A stretch of 38,395 bases of DNA, from the NCBI GenBank assembly GCA_002784945.1, contig PFMD01000028.1, positions 1 to 38,395 on the forward strand. Direction: 5' to 3'. Below, piece after piece: positions 8,620 through 17,462 of the stretch (position 1 is the stretch's first letter; each line of letters opens with the position of its first letter). Origin of the DNA: Candidatus Kerfeldbacteria bacterium CG_4_10_14_0_8_um_filter_42_10 (GTDB lineage: Bacteria; Patescibacteriota; Patescibacteriia; UM-FILTER-42-10). Under the pieces are notes generated by a model. It made no database searches. It saw only the letters and a list, made by a program, of their open reading frames with translations, and was not told where the DNA came from. Both the position numbers and the translations under genes were made by a program.

Positions 8620-9132
8620 ATGTCGGAAAAAATAATTATCATTGACGAGGGGGATAATGAGATTGGTAGTGAAGAAAAAATAAAGGTGCATCGGAATGGC
8701 TTGCTGCACCGCGCCTTTTCTATTTATATTTTTAATCAGCTGGGCCAGCTTTTAATTCAGCAACGGGCGCTGGACGCCTACCACTCGGAAGGACTATGGA
8801 GCAATTCGTGCTGCAGCCATCAGCGGGAAAAGGAAAAACTGGCAGAAGCGACTCACCGCCGGTTGCAGGAAGAATTGGGGTTTGATTGCTCCTTGGAAGA
8901 ATTATTTACCTATTCTTACCGGGTGGAATTTGAGAACGGCTTAGTGGAAAACGAACTGGTCCACGTTTTTTTCGGGGAATATGATGGAAAAGTGAACCCC
9001 GACCCAAAGGAAGTCGCCGATTGGAAATGGATTGATTTGGATGAAGTCAAAGAGGATGTTAAGGAAAATCCGGACCAGTATTCCTATTGGTTTAAAAAAT
9101 CACTCAAGCGAATTATCGCCGAGCGAAATTAA
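8620..9132 (+). CDS. idi: type 1 isopentenyl-diphosphate Delta-isomerase (NUDIX fold)
   Basis: LHRAFS, WSNSCCSH, RRLQEELG, ENELVHVF, YSYWF. Confidence 0.92.
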   Translation: MSEKIIIIDEGDNEIGSEEKIKVHRNGLLHRAFSIYIFNQLGQLLIQQRALDAYHSEGLWSNSCCSHQREKEKLAEATHRRLQEELGFDCSLEELFTYSYRVEFENGLVENELVHVFFGEYDGKVNPDPKEVADWKWIDLDEVKEDVKENPDQYSYWFKKSLKRIIAERN

Positions 9133-10019
9133 TGAATAACCGTTTCATTCTTTTTGTCGGGGGCGGCTCTTTGGCCGGTGTTTTTGGCGCGGGCGCGGTA
9201 ACGGCTCTGCAAAAAATGGATTGCTATAATCAGATTGAAGCGGTTTACGGAGTTTCCGTCGGTGTATTCATTGGAGCCTATTTCTTAACCAGACAAACGG
9301 AGCTGGGATCATCCATATTTTACGAAGATTTAACCCATGATTTTGTTTTTCCTAAACGGATCCCCAAAGGATTGATTCAACGACTGTGGCATGGATACGT
9401 GAAGCCGTTCGCCCCGGAAAAAATATTGAACGCCGTTGATCTAAACTACCTCTTTGAAGTGGTGAAGCACCGAAAGCCTTTGGACATTCCTAGGTTAAAA
9501 TCGCAGGGCACTCCCCTTTTTGCCAAGCTTTTGAACCTAAAAACGGGAGAAGTAGTTTACCAGCGCGTCGATAATAGCAATGATCCCCTGACGGTGATAG
9601 AATCGGCAGTAAGCATTGCTCCTTATTATTTTTCTTATCGGAATACTTACGGCCATATCGATGCCGCACCCAAAGAGCCGATCGGACTCAAGTATCTTGT
9701 GGAAAAATATCCTGGCCAAAAAATTGTAATGATTTTAAATCAGTCCTTGGACCGGAAATTCCGGCATCATCTTAAAAACGTTTTAGAAGGGATTGGAGCC
9801 AACCCCATGTATGATCTGCCCTTTTTTGACTATTTGACCAATAAAGAGAAATCCTTAAGAACGGATCTGGCGCTCGCGAAAAATAATTCAAACGTGCTGA
9901 TTATCAGCCCGCCGGAAGGCCAGCACAGCCTCACCTTCACCACTAATCAGGCCAAGCTGCTTTCGACCTATGAAGCGGGTAAAAAAGAGGCGGAAAAAAT
10001 TAGTGAATTTGTTAATTAA
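9132..10019 (+). CDS. patatin-like phospholipase family protein
   Basis: GGGSLAG, GVSVG nucleophile elbow, IDAA at the DGG position; start overlaps the idi stop. Confidence 0.8.
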   Translation: MNNRFILFVGGGSLAGVFGAGAVTALQKMDCYNQIEAVYGVSVGVFIGAYFLTRQTELGSSIFYEDLTHDFVFPKRIPKGLIQRLWHGYVKPFAPEKILNAVDLNYLFEVVKHRKPLDIPRLKSQGTPLFAKLLNLKTGEVVYQRVDNSNDPLTVIESAVSIAPYYFSYRNTYGHIDAAPKEPIGLKYLVEKYPGQKIVMILNQSLDRKFRHHLKNVLEGIGANPMYDLPFFDYLTNKEKSLRTDLALAKNNSNVLIISPPEGQHSLTFTTNQAKLLSTYEAGKKEAEKISEFVN

Positions 10020-10029
10020 AGCTCAAGGT

Positions 10030-10710
10030 CTAATCCGTTTTCTTTTTAAATCCGAACGCCTTGAGCATTAAGACGGTAATGATCCCCTCTCCGATTCCTA
10101 CAATTATGTGAGTGAGAATAAAATTATTATTCCAACTAGAACCAGCGATTACCGACTCTAAGGAATAGGCAAATGAAGCCAAAACAACACTGCTTCCGGC
10201 AGCAATAAATATTGCTGTTTTTATTCTCCTTAAATATTTTTTGAGAAAGTAATAAATATAATAACCGCCGATCGCTCCGACCACAGCCATATTGAATATA
10301 TTTGCTCCTAAAGCAACCATTCCGCCATCACCCAAGAACAAGGCTTGGATGATTAGAACTGCCGATAGTACGATCATTCCTTCTAAAGGACCAAGCAATA
10401 TTGCCGCTAACGCTCCTCCTAAAAAATGACCCGCCTCACCACCCACGATGGTAAAATCAATCATCTGAGCGGCAAAAATAAAAACTCCCACTAAAAACAT
10501 ATCCGCAAGAGTATTTTTTCCGTATTTCGTTATGGTAGTGGTTTCTCCCCCACCCATAGTGATGCCTTCCGGCGTAGCCAAAACCGGATTTTTTTGTCTG
10601 GCAAAAAAACTTTTTTTGATTTTTCTGACAGCCACTGCTCCCACCGCCGCCGTAAAGGCCATTAGCGAAGCGGAGGTGCCCGGTCCTAAAAATCCGTCAG
10701 GGAGATGCAT
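10030..10710 (-). CDS. cbiM: CbiM/NikM-type ECF metal substrate-binding (S) component
   Basis: N-terminal MHLPDGFL, FIFAAQM, GHFLGG, QALFLGDGG..ALGAN. Confidence 0.85.
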   Translation of the reverse strand: MHLPDGFLGPGTSASLMAFTAAVGAVAVRKIKKSFFARQKNPVLATPEGITMGGGETTTITKYGKNTLADMFLVGVFIFAAQMIDFTIVGGEAGHFLGGALAAILLGPLEGMIVLSAVLIIQALFLGDGGMVALGANIFNMAVVGAIGGYYIYYFLKKYLRRIKTAIFIAAGSSVVLASFAYSLESVIAGSSWNNNFILTHIIVGIGEGIITVLMLKAFGFKKKTD

Positions 10711-10719
10711 TTCGTAATT

Positions 10720-11469
10720 TTATTCTATTAAAAGAAGCAGGGCCATTATGCCAATCCCCGCCAACAATGAAAGTAACTGCAGAATTGACCTGCCCAGTTT
10801 ATTTTCTTTGACTAACTCCGGGATCAAGTCGGCTGTGGCAATGTAAATAAATCCGCCAATGGTAAAGGGAATCAGGAATTCATTTGACTTGGTAATAGAA
10901 TTTCCGATCATCAAAGTCAGCACCGCTCCAATCACCGCGGTAAAAGCGGAAAGATAGTTAAAAAATAGCGCTTTTTTACGGGAAAACCCCGCGTGCAGCA
11001 GTATTCCAAAGTCTCCGATCTCTTGCGGTATTTCATGTAAAATCACTGCCACGGTAGTAGCTAATCCCAAGGGAAAACTCACTAAATAACTTCCGGCGAT
11101 AATCATGCCATCGATAAAATTATGGGCGCCATCACCAATAATATTATTGATAGCCATGGGGTGAGGATGCTCTTCTGAGGTGGGAATATGGCAGTGCCGC
11201 CAGCATAAAATCTTTTCAATAATAAAAAAAGAGACTATCCCCAGCAAGATAAGATAAGGAATCATTTCGATGTTTTCAATCTCGTCATAGGCTTCGGGCA
11301 AAAGATGGATAAATGCTCCGCCCAAAAGAGATCCGGCGGCAAAACTGACTAAAAAAAGAAGAATCTTTTTTAGCCGTTCCAGGTTAAACGAAATTGTCAG
11401 CACTCCGATTAAGGAGATGCTGCTTACAATGAATACGCTAACAATCGTGTAGAGCCAAACTTGAGTCAT
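10720..11469 (-). CDS. ZIP family metal transporter
   Basis: FAAGSLLGGAFIHLLPE, His-rich loop WRHCHIPTSEEHPH, DGAHNFIDG, LHEIPQEIGDF. Confidence 0.93.
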   Translation of the reverse strand: MTQVWLYTIVSVFIVSSISLIGVLTISFNLERLKKILLFLVSFAAGSLLGGAFIHLLPEAYDEIENIEMIPYLILLGIVSFFIIEKILCWRHCHIPTSEEHPHPMAINNIIGDGAHNFIDGMIIAGSYLVSFPLGLATTVAVILHEIPQEIGDFGILLHAGFSRKKALFFNYLSAFTAVIGAVLTLMIGNSITKSNEFLIPFTIGGFIYIATADLIPELVKENKLGRSILQLLSLLAGIGIMALLLLIE

Positions 11470-11616
11470 AATGACTAATTATATCATATAAAGAATATTT
11501 CCTCCATTTTAACGAAATACTCCCGAATTCAGGTCAACTTGTAACATCTTAAGATATGCAACTATGAATAGAAAAATAGGTATATTATATGGAATGAACT
11601 TAAAAAAAGAATCGGA

Positions 11617-11699
11617 GGGGGTTTGGGGGCAACATTAAGCCCCAGAAAAACAAAACACGCCAAAATTGGCGAATCGGCGCTTTGTTGCCCCCAAAACTC
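11617..11699. repeat. GC-rich inverted-repeat element
   Basis: TTTGGGGGCAACA ... TGTTGCCCCCAAA arms with internal CGCCAA/TTGGCG hairpin in an AT-rich spacer. Confidence 0.6.
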
Positions 11700-11811
11700 T
11701 TTGGCACTTTCTGGTTACAGAAAGTGCAATAAATATTTTATTATGACTAAAAAACTCTCTTTCAAAATTTAAGTTAACTATCTGACTCCCAATGAGGCCT
11801 TAAGCGTTGCG

Positions 11812-12432
11812 CTAAATTCCTGAATTCAAAACTATGCGTCGTGGCGAAGGAATGCGCTCAATCCGATAGACAAAAATTTTATCTTGTTCGGCAATCGGCT
11901 GCCAGTGCGGAAACCGGAAATAGTTGCTGATTATCAGGGCGCCCGGACGGAGTTCGTTTTTCAGTTTTTGCTCCAGCCGATCCATCATATAGAATACGCC
12001 GAACAGGACGATAATATCGTATTCGCTTAAATTTACTTTTAGATAATCGGCACGGTGAATAAAAGCATTTTCTGGCCCGGCCTTTTTTACTTTCCTCCGC
12101 GAATACCAAACTAAAAAAGGATTGATTTCTAATCCGTGCGCTTCTAAACCGTTGGCCGCCAAGGCCAAGACCAGCCGGCCGTCACCTGATCCTAAATCCG
12201 CTGCTTTAGCCCGAGGCCGGTCGCCGAGATAGCGCTTAACCAGCTCCAGCATTTTTTTGGTTTTTCCGGGAGTGGATACGGCAAAGGGCGCTCCCCGGAC
12301 AAAAGGAATGCCAAAATAGATGATAAACAACAGTAAAACCAGAATAAGAATCAGTTCTATAGTAACGATAAAATAAAACAAAGATTGTTCGTCTATAAAT
12401 AATTGAAGAGAATTCAAATCAGAGAAATCCAT
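11812..12432 (-). CDS. class I SAM-dependent methyltransferase with N-terminal TM helix (FAM173-like)
   Basis: TM helix then GAPF, DLGSGDGR, GLEINP. Confidence 0.85.
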   Translation of the reverse strand: MDFSDLNSLQLFIDEQSLFYFIVTIELILILVLLLFIIYFGIPFVRGAPFAVSTPGKTKKMLELVKRYLGDRPRAKAADLGSGDGRLVLALAANGLEAHGLEINPFLVWYSRRKVKKAGPENAFIHRADYLKVNLSEYDIIVLFGVFYMMDRLEQKLKNELRPGALIISNYFRFPHWQPIAEQDKIFVYRIERIPSPRRIVLNSGI

Positions 12433-13277
12433 TTCCTGATTTGGGATACCACTGGCCCCTCTTGGCCTTGCAAAGAATGCAAGGATTTAGAGACAATAAT
12501 GGTTTCGCTTTTAGGATTACCGGAATTTTTTTGAAACCAAACCGCAATTTGTTTTATCGGCCGATCGCGGTACTCGTCTTTCTCTGCCAAAACAACCAAA
12601 CAAGGATTCTTTATTTTTTTCAGAACAGTCGGTTTAGCACTGCCATCATAGGGAAAAAGGTTTTCTTTGCTTTTAGCGGTACACAGGCTTAAAAAGCGCT
12701 GAGCGTCGTCATATTCCGGCCATAAATCGAGCGGTAAAAGTCGGTGCGCCTGCTTTGACTTTACTAATCGGCGGGCCAGCTTTCCCACCGCCTTCAGCTT
12801 GGCTGTTCCGTATTCCTTAACCGCTCCGGCATAATCGCTCATGGGACATAACAGCACCGCTCCCTTGATTTTCACTTGGGTTTTTGCCAAATAATAGACG
12901 ATTTTCTGACAGCCGGTGGAATGACCCACTAAAATTATTTCTCGCACTCCCCTCTTTTTCATGAAATTAACGGCGCCGGTCAAATCATCGGTGCATTCCG
13001 CAAAAACTTCGTGCGCTCCGCCGGCCTGGATTGAGCGGTATCCTTTTTTACTACGCGTATCCAGTTTTTGAATCCGGGTTACTTTGTCGTGGCCACGGTT
13101 GTTAAAGGTTAAAACTGGCCCGACTTTAGCCAGTTCTTCTACCAGTTTTAATTTAGAGAATAAGGAGCTGGAAAGCCCGTGTACCAAAATAAACCCGCGC
13201 CGGGCTTTTGCAAATCCAAACAGCAGGCCGTTTAGCAAAATTTTTTTAGGAGTTATAATATCAGCTACTTCGGGCAT
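12414..13277 (-). CDS. alpha/beta hydrolase (DUF1749-like)
   Basis: LVHGL, NNRGH, GHSTG nucleophile, C-terminal D and H of the triad. Confidence 0.85.
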   Translation of the reverse strand: MPEVADIITPKKILLNGLLFGFAKARRGFILVHGLSSSLFSKLKLVEELAKVGPVLTFNNRGHDKVTRIQKLDTRSKKGYRSIQAGGAHEVFAECTDDLTGAVNFMKKRGVREIILVGHSTGCQKIVYYLAKTQVKIKGAVLLCPMSDYAGAVKEYGTAKLKAVGKLARRLVKSKQAHRLLPLDLWPEYDDAQRFLSLCTAKSKENLFPYDGSAKPTVLKKIKNPCLVVLAEKDEYRDRPIKQIAVWFQKNSGNPKSETIIVSKSLHSLQGQEGPVVSQIRKWISLI

Positions 13278-13336
13278 ATTCCCATTCTACCAAAAAATCG
13301 CCTTTTGGGCGATAAAATATAAATTAGAGGTAGTCT

Positions 13337-13380
13337 TGAATATAGTGGATGGCAGACTAATCAGTCTGTTATCCCAATTA
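13337..13380 (+). repeat. 44-bp hairpin-containing direct repeat, copy 1
   Basis: 42/44 identical to 14053-14096. Confidence 0.92.
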
Positions 13381-13424
13381 GAAACAAAGTTGCCTTTAGA
13401 AAATCACCTTTTGGGCGATTGAAA

Positions 13425-13808
13425 CTATTTTCCTCTTTTGATAATAGGAGAGGAAACGGACAATTGTTTTATAATTTTTTCGATAACCCCGTCAATACTT
13501 TCGTAAATATCTTTATTCGTAAATCTAATAATGTTTATTCCCAGTTTATTTATCCATTCACTTCTGACTTGGTCATGTTTTATCGCTTTAGTTTCGTAAT
13601 GCGAATCGCCGTCAATTTCTATGGCTAGTTTATATTTAGGGCAATAAAAATCCACCACGTATTTTCCAATGCTTACCTGCCGTTTAAATTTATATCCGAT
13701 TCCTCTATTCCTTAAATGTCTCCACAATATCTGTTCAGCATAAGTCATGTTACGTCTTAACTTCCTTCTTATAATTAACTCCGTCGTTTTATTGATATAA
13801 TCCGCCAT
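13425..13808 (-). CDS. DUF559 (Vsr-like) endonuclease domain protein
   Basis: LRRNMTYAEQILW, FKRQ, VDFYC, IEIDGDSH, IIRFTN. Confidence 0.92.
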   Translation of the reverse strand: MADYINKTTELIIRRKLRRNMTYAEQILWRHLRNRGIGYKFKRQVSIGKYVVDFYCPKYKLAIEIDGDSHYETKAIKHDQVRSEWINKLGINIIRFTNKDIYESIDGVIEKIIKQLSVSSPIIKRGK

Positions 13809-13819
13809 ACTTTTACCTC

Positions 13820-13890
13820 ACCTTTCCTCTCCTTTTCAAGGAGAGGTACCTTATACTCCCCTCCTTGCGAAGGAGGGGCTGGGGGCGGTA
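13820..13890. repeat. REP-like hairpins next to the DUF559 gene
   Basis: CCTCTCCTT-TTC-AAGGAGAGG and CCCCTCCTT-GCG-AAGGAGGGG; degraded copy at 13429-13457. Confidence 0.75.
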
Positions 13891-14052
13891 GATTAAACAC
13901 AAAAGCTCCCTTTTCGAGGAAGCCCAATGAAATAATGTTACGACGATTAAATTGTGATGTCAATTAACCAAAAATCGTTATAAAAGCTCCTTTAACAATA
14001 TCCAATTAATTGATTATTGTTAAATAAATATGAATTGGCTGTGGTATTCTTC

Positions 14053-14096
14053 TGAATATAGTGGATGGCAGACTAATCAGTCTGCCATCCCAATTA
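14053..14096 (+). repeat. 44-bp hairpin-containing direct repeat, copy 2
   Basis: TGAATATAGTGGATGGCAGACTAATCAGTCTGCCATCCCAATTA. Confidence 0.92.
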
Positions 14097-14103
14097 AAAC
14101 AAA

Positions 14104-14496
14104 CTAAATTTTTGTTCGGGATTTTCTTCTTTGTTCCCAAAGCCGGACCTGGGCTTCGCTCATGCCGAAGTAGTGCCCGACCTCATGATAAATGACTTCT
14201 TGAATCAGCGCTTTTATCCGTTGATCGTTATGGCCGGCTAGCTGCTCAATTGATTTCTTGAATAAAGTAATTTTATCCGGCAAAACCAAGGAGTAATTTA
14301 CCCCTCTTTTAGTTAAAGGTACTCCCTGATACAGCCCCAGCAATATTCCGCGGTATCTAATCCCCCGTTCTTTGAGTTCGGCCGGCCGGGCTTCTTTTTC
14401 CACCACAAAACCGACGTTTTCAATCTTCTTTCTAAATTTCTCCGGCAAAGCACTAAACGCATCAGCGGCGGCTTGTTCAAATTCCTCTTGATTCAT
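14104..14496 (-). CDS. zincin-like metallopeptidase family protein
   Basis: LLGLYQGVP, LPDKITLF, HEVGHYFG. Confidence 0.88.
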   Translation of the reverse strand: MNQEEFEQAAADAFSALPEKFRKKIENVGFVVEKEARPAELKERGIRYRGILLGLYQGVPLTKRGVNYSLVLPDKITLFKKSIEQLAGHNDQRIKALIQEVIYHEVGHYFGMSEAQVRLWEQRRKSRTKI

Positions 14497-14541
14497 GGGA
14501 ATGTTTTTTATTCGCCGCCGTCATGCGCGAAGAATCCGCGA

Positions 14542-16692
14542 TTAGATGAATAACGGCGCTAGGACTAAGGTAATAGTAGAGAGTAATTTAATGAGAACGT
14601 GTAAGGATGGACCGGCCGTATCTTTGAACGGATCGCCCACTGTATCGCCCACTACCGCTGCTTTATGAGTATCCGATCCTTTGCCGCCCAAGTTGCCCGC
14701 TTCAATGTATTTTTTGGCGTTATCCCAGGCGCCGCCTCCGTTATTCATGAAAAGCGCCATTAAGATTCCACCAATGGTACCGACCATTAAAAAGGCGGCT
14801 ACTGCTTCCGCTCCAATATCTAGAAACCGAAATATAATTCCCACTGCTACTGGCATAAGCACAGCTAGCAGACCGGGCAAAGTCATTTCTTTTAACGCGC
14901 CTTTGGTAACAATATCCACGCACCGGCCGTAATCGGGTTTTTTGGTGCCCTGGAGGATTTCCGGGCTTTCTTTGAACTGGGCGCGCACTTCGTTGATTAC
15001 ATAGTAAGCGGCGCGGCCAACGGCTCGAATAGCAAAAGCGGAAAATAGAAAAACCAGCATCGCTCCCAGCAGACCGCCCACGAACACGGCCGGCTTGGCA
15101 ATATCCACGCTGGTTAAATTCAATCCGTAATTCCTTACTTCGTCGAGATAGGCGGAAAAAAGCAGAAAGGCGGCCAACGCGGCTGAGCCAATCGCGTAAC
15201 CTTTGGTTAAGGCCTTAGTGGTGTTGCCCGCCGCATCCAGTTGATCCGATACTTTGCGTACTTCTTCCGACTGTTTGCTCATTTCCACAATGCCGCCGGC
15301 GTTATCGGCAATCGGGCCGAAGGTATCCATTGCCAGAATATAAGCGGCAGTAGCTAACATGCCCATGGTGGCCACGGCCGTACCAAACAGGCCGGCGTCC
15401 GGAAAGCCGGAAGCCTTGCCTAAGTAGTAGGCTCCTAAAATGGATAGTGAAATAACGATAACCGGCAAAGCGGTGCATTCGAATCCTACGGACACGCCCG
15501 CAATAATATTAGTGGCCGGTCCAGTTTTAGAAGCTTCAGCAATAGAAAGTACCGGACGGTATTTGTATTCGGTGTAATATTGGGTGATGAAAACGAAAGC
15601 TACCGAAGCCAGAACTCCGATAATACCGCAGCCAAAGAAATACAACCAAGCGTTAGGCGCATAATCATTGAAAAGCAGCCAGCGGCTGGCAATGCCAAAA
15701 CCGATCAGGGCCAGAATCACCGATATATGATAACCGCGGTTCAAGGCCTTCATGGGCCGTTCTTCATTTTTCACCTTAACCAGCATAATTCCGACAATAG
15801 AGGCGATAATTCCAAAAGCGCGGGCGACGAGAGGAAACATCATTACTCCTAAAATCCACATGGGGCTGGCGTTCGGCAGTTTTAAGGCCATTACCGCTCC
15901 TAAAATCATGGCTCCGATATTTTCCGCGGCGGTTGACTCAAATAAATCCGCTCCACGGCCCGCGCAGTCACCCACGTTATCGCCGACTAAGTCCGCGATC
16001 ACGGCGGGATTTCTCGGATCATCCTCCGGAATGCCCGCTTCTACTTTTCCTACCAGGTCTGCCCCCACATCCGCGGCTTTGGTATAAATTCCGCCGCCCA
16101 GCTGGGCAAAAAGCGCCACAAACGAAGCGCCAAAACCGTAACCGACGATTAAAAAGGGAATTCGGGTTACTTCAACATCGGTGGTCAAACGGACCAGGGA
16201 ATAAAGACCGGCCACGCCCAATAAACTCATTCCTACCACCACTAATCCCGAAACCGCGCCCCCGCGGAGCGCTACTCTTAATCCTTCATTGATATTTTTC
16301 ATGGTGCCGGCCGCGGCCCGAATGTTCGAGCGAATAGAAATCCACATGCCGATGTATCCGGCCACTAAGGAGCAGGCCGCTCCCAAGACAAAGGATAATC
16401 CAACCCAAAAAGCCAATCCTAAACTGGAATCTATTGGGTCAAAGGCCTGATGATCCCGAATAAAACCGTAGCCAACAAAAAGAACCAGGGTGACGATTAC
16501 TGCTAAAACTATGATTGTTTTGTATTGGCGGCGCATAAATGCTTCCGCGCCTTCTTTGATTGCGCTCGAAATGGCCTGCATGGCTTGATCACCTACTCCT
16601 CTTTTCAAGACCCAGCGGGCAATAAGATAAGCGGCAATTAGGCCGATTACACTGATTCCTAGGATAATTCCTAGTAGTAGCACTTCGCTCAT
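14542..16692 (-). CDS. hppA: membrane-bound pyrophosphatase, predicted K+-independent H+-translocating
   Basis: GGGIYTKAADVGADLVGKVE, EDDPRN, DNVGD, GDTVGDPFKD; GNTTK (Lys) marks the K+-independent type. Confidence 0.95.
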   Translation of the reverse strand: MSEVLLLGIILGISVIGLIAAYLIARWVLKRGVGDQAMQAISSAIKEGAEAFMRRQYKTIIVLAVIVTLVLFVGYGFIRDHQAFDPIDSSLGLAFWVGLSFVLGAACSLVAGYIGMWISIRSNIRAAAGTMKNINEGLRVALRGGAVSGLVVVGMSLLGVAGLYSLVRLTTDVEVTRIPFLIVGYGFGASFVALFAQLGGGIYTKAADVGADLVGKVEAGIPEDDPRNPAVIADLVGDNVGDCAGRGADLFESTAAENIGAMILGAVMALKLPNASPMWILGVMMFPLVARAFGIIASIVGIMLVKVKNEERPMKALNRGYHISVILALIGFGIASRWLLFNDYAPNAWLYFFGCGIIGVLASVAFVFITQYYTEYKYRPVLSIAEASKTGPATNIIAGVSVGFECTALPVIVISLSILGAYYLGKASGFPDAGLFGTAVATMGMLATAAYILAMDTFGPIADNAGGIVEMSKQSEEVRKVSDQLDAAGNTTKALTKGYAIGSAALAAFLLFSAYLDEVRNYGLNLTSVDIAKPAVFVGGLLGAMLVFLFSAFAIRAVGRAAYYVINEVRAQFKESPEILQGTKKPDYGRCVDIVTKGALKEMTLPGLLAVLMPVAVGIIFRFLDIGAEAVAAFLMVGTIGGILMALFMNNGGGAWDNAKKYIEAGNLGGKGSDTHKAAVVGDTVGDPFKDTAGPSLHVLIKLLSTITLVLAPLFI

Positions 16693-16835
16693 AAATAAAT
16701 TCCTTATTAATAATTAATCAAAAAACCCGGCCTTTTTATCGGGCTTTTTTAGAATTTTATTGATTTTGATAGTTGTTTTTCAAATCGAGAAACGACTTAT
16801 CACCAGTCTTCAATTTAAATCTCGTTCGCCCTTAC

Positions 16836-16864
16836 AGTATATGGGAAAATCTAAATTAATTCAA
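16836..16864 (-). promoter_or_regulatory. sigma70-type promoter about 140 nt upstream of hppA
   Basis: TTGAAT-17-TATACT on the minus strand. Confidence 0.6.
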
Positions 16865-16986
16865 GGCATTATTATTAATTGGTTTTTTTGGCCAAAAAAA
16901 ATCCCCCTAAAGGGAGAAAATTTGATAAAATTAAATATTTGAGGTAAGGTGATTTGACCAGTTATCGACTGCTCTGTGGAGGAAAA

Positions 16987-17091
16987 ATGGACTTTGAAGA
17001 TCGGGAACGACTGAAATTCCTGGTAATTGCCGTGATCGCAGGAATAATTATGGTGGTCATTTTTAAGTGTTGCGGACCAATCGTCCCTTAG
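16987..17091 (+). CDS. 34-aa single-TM small protein (not in ORF track)
   Basis: GGAGG SD then ATG; MDFEDRERLKFLVIAVIAGIIMVVIFKCCGPIVP; terminator immediately after the stop. Confidence 0.6.
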   Translation: MDFEDRERLKFLVIAVIAGIIMVVIFKCCGPIVP

Positions 17092-17132
17092 GCCTTTAGC
17101 CAATCAATTTTTGATTCCGCTGAAGGCTTTTT
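17092..17132 (+). terminator. intrinsic terminator
   Basis: GCCTTTAGC...GCTGAAGGC followed by TTTTT. Confidence 0.6.
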
Positions 17133-17173
17133 ACTTTACCTTTTTCGCAATTTAAACTGATGTATTTCCAATC

Positions 17174-17217
17174 TTCCGTAAGAAAGCGCGAATACGTATT
17201 CGCGCTTTCTTACGGAA
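17174..17217. repeat. perfect 44-bp loop-less palindrome
   Basis: TTCCGTAAGAAAGCGCGAATAC|GTATTCGCGCTTTCTTACGGAA. Confidence 0.95.
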
Positions 17218-17269
17218 ATTTATGAGTAATCAACCCGATACACTTTCTCTCGAAAGTGTCCGGATCAAC

Positions 17270-17462
17270 AAAAAAATTACCCCGGGCCGTAAGGTTGTAA
17301 CCCGGGGGTGTCCGATCAAGTCTCCGTGAAAGTGCAAGGACACGGCCCACTTCCAGGATATCCCTGTCTAACCCTTATGAGACCGGGAAACGTCTTTCTG
17401 AGTTCCTCCCTGGCTGCGGCAGGAACTATACTTACCAGAAGCCCGCTAGGCCGACTCGGTGA
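17270..17462 (-). ncRNA. candidate free-standing structured RNA, about 193 nt, family unknown
   Basis: minus-strand TTGACA(17497-17492)-17-TAGTAT(17474-17469); CCCCGGG terminator stem 17280-17307 plus U tract; multi-stem fold; no credible ORF. Confidence 0.55.

Noticed and set aside
11470-11810. Cobalamin or NiCo riboswitch ahead of ZIP-cbiM
   Set aside because: No B12 box or recognisable consensus, and the promoter lies immediately before the ZIP ATG, leaving no leader.
13337-14096. Integron attC sites or a two-repeat CRISPR
   Set aside because: No RYYYAAC/GTTRRRY boxes or integrase, and the 672-bp interval is not a spacer.
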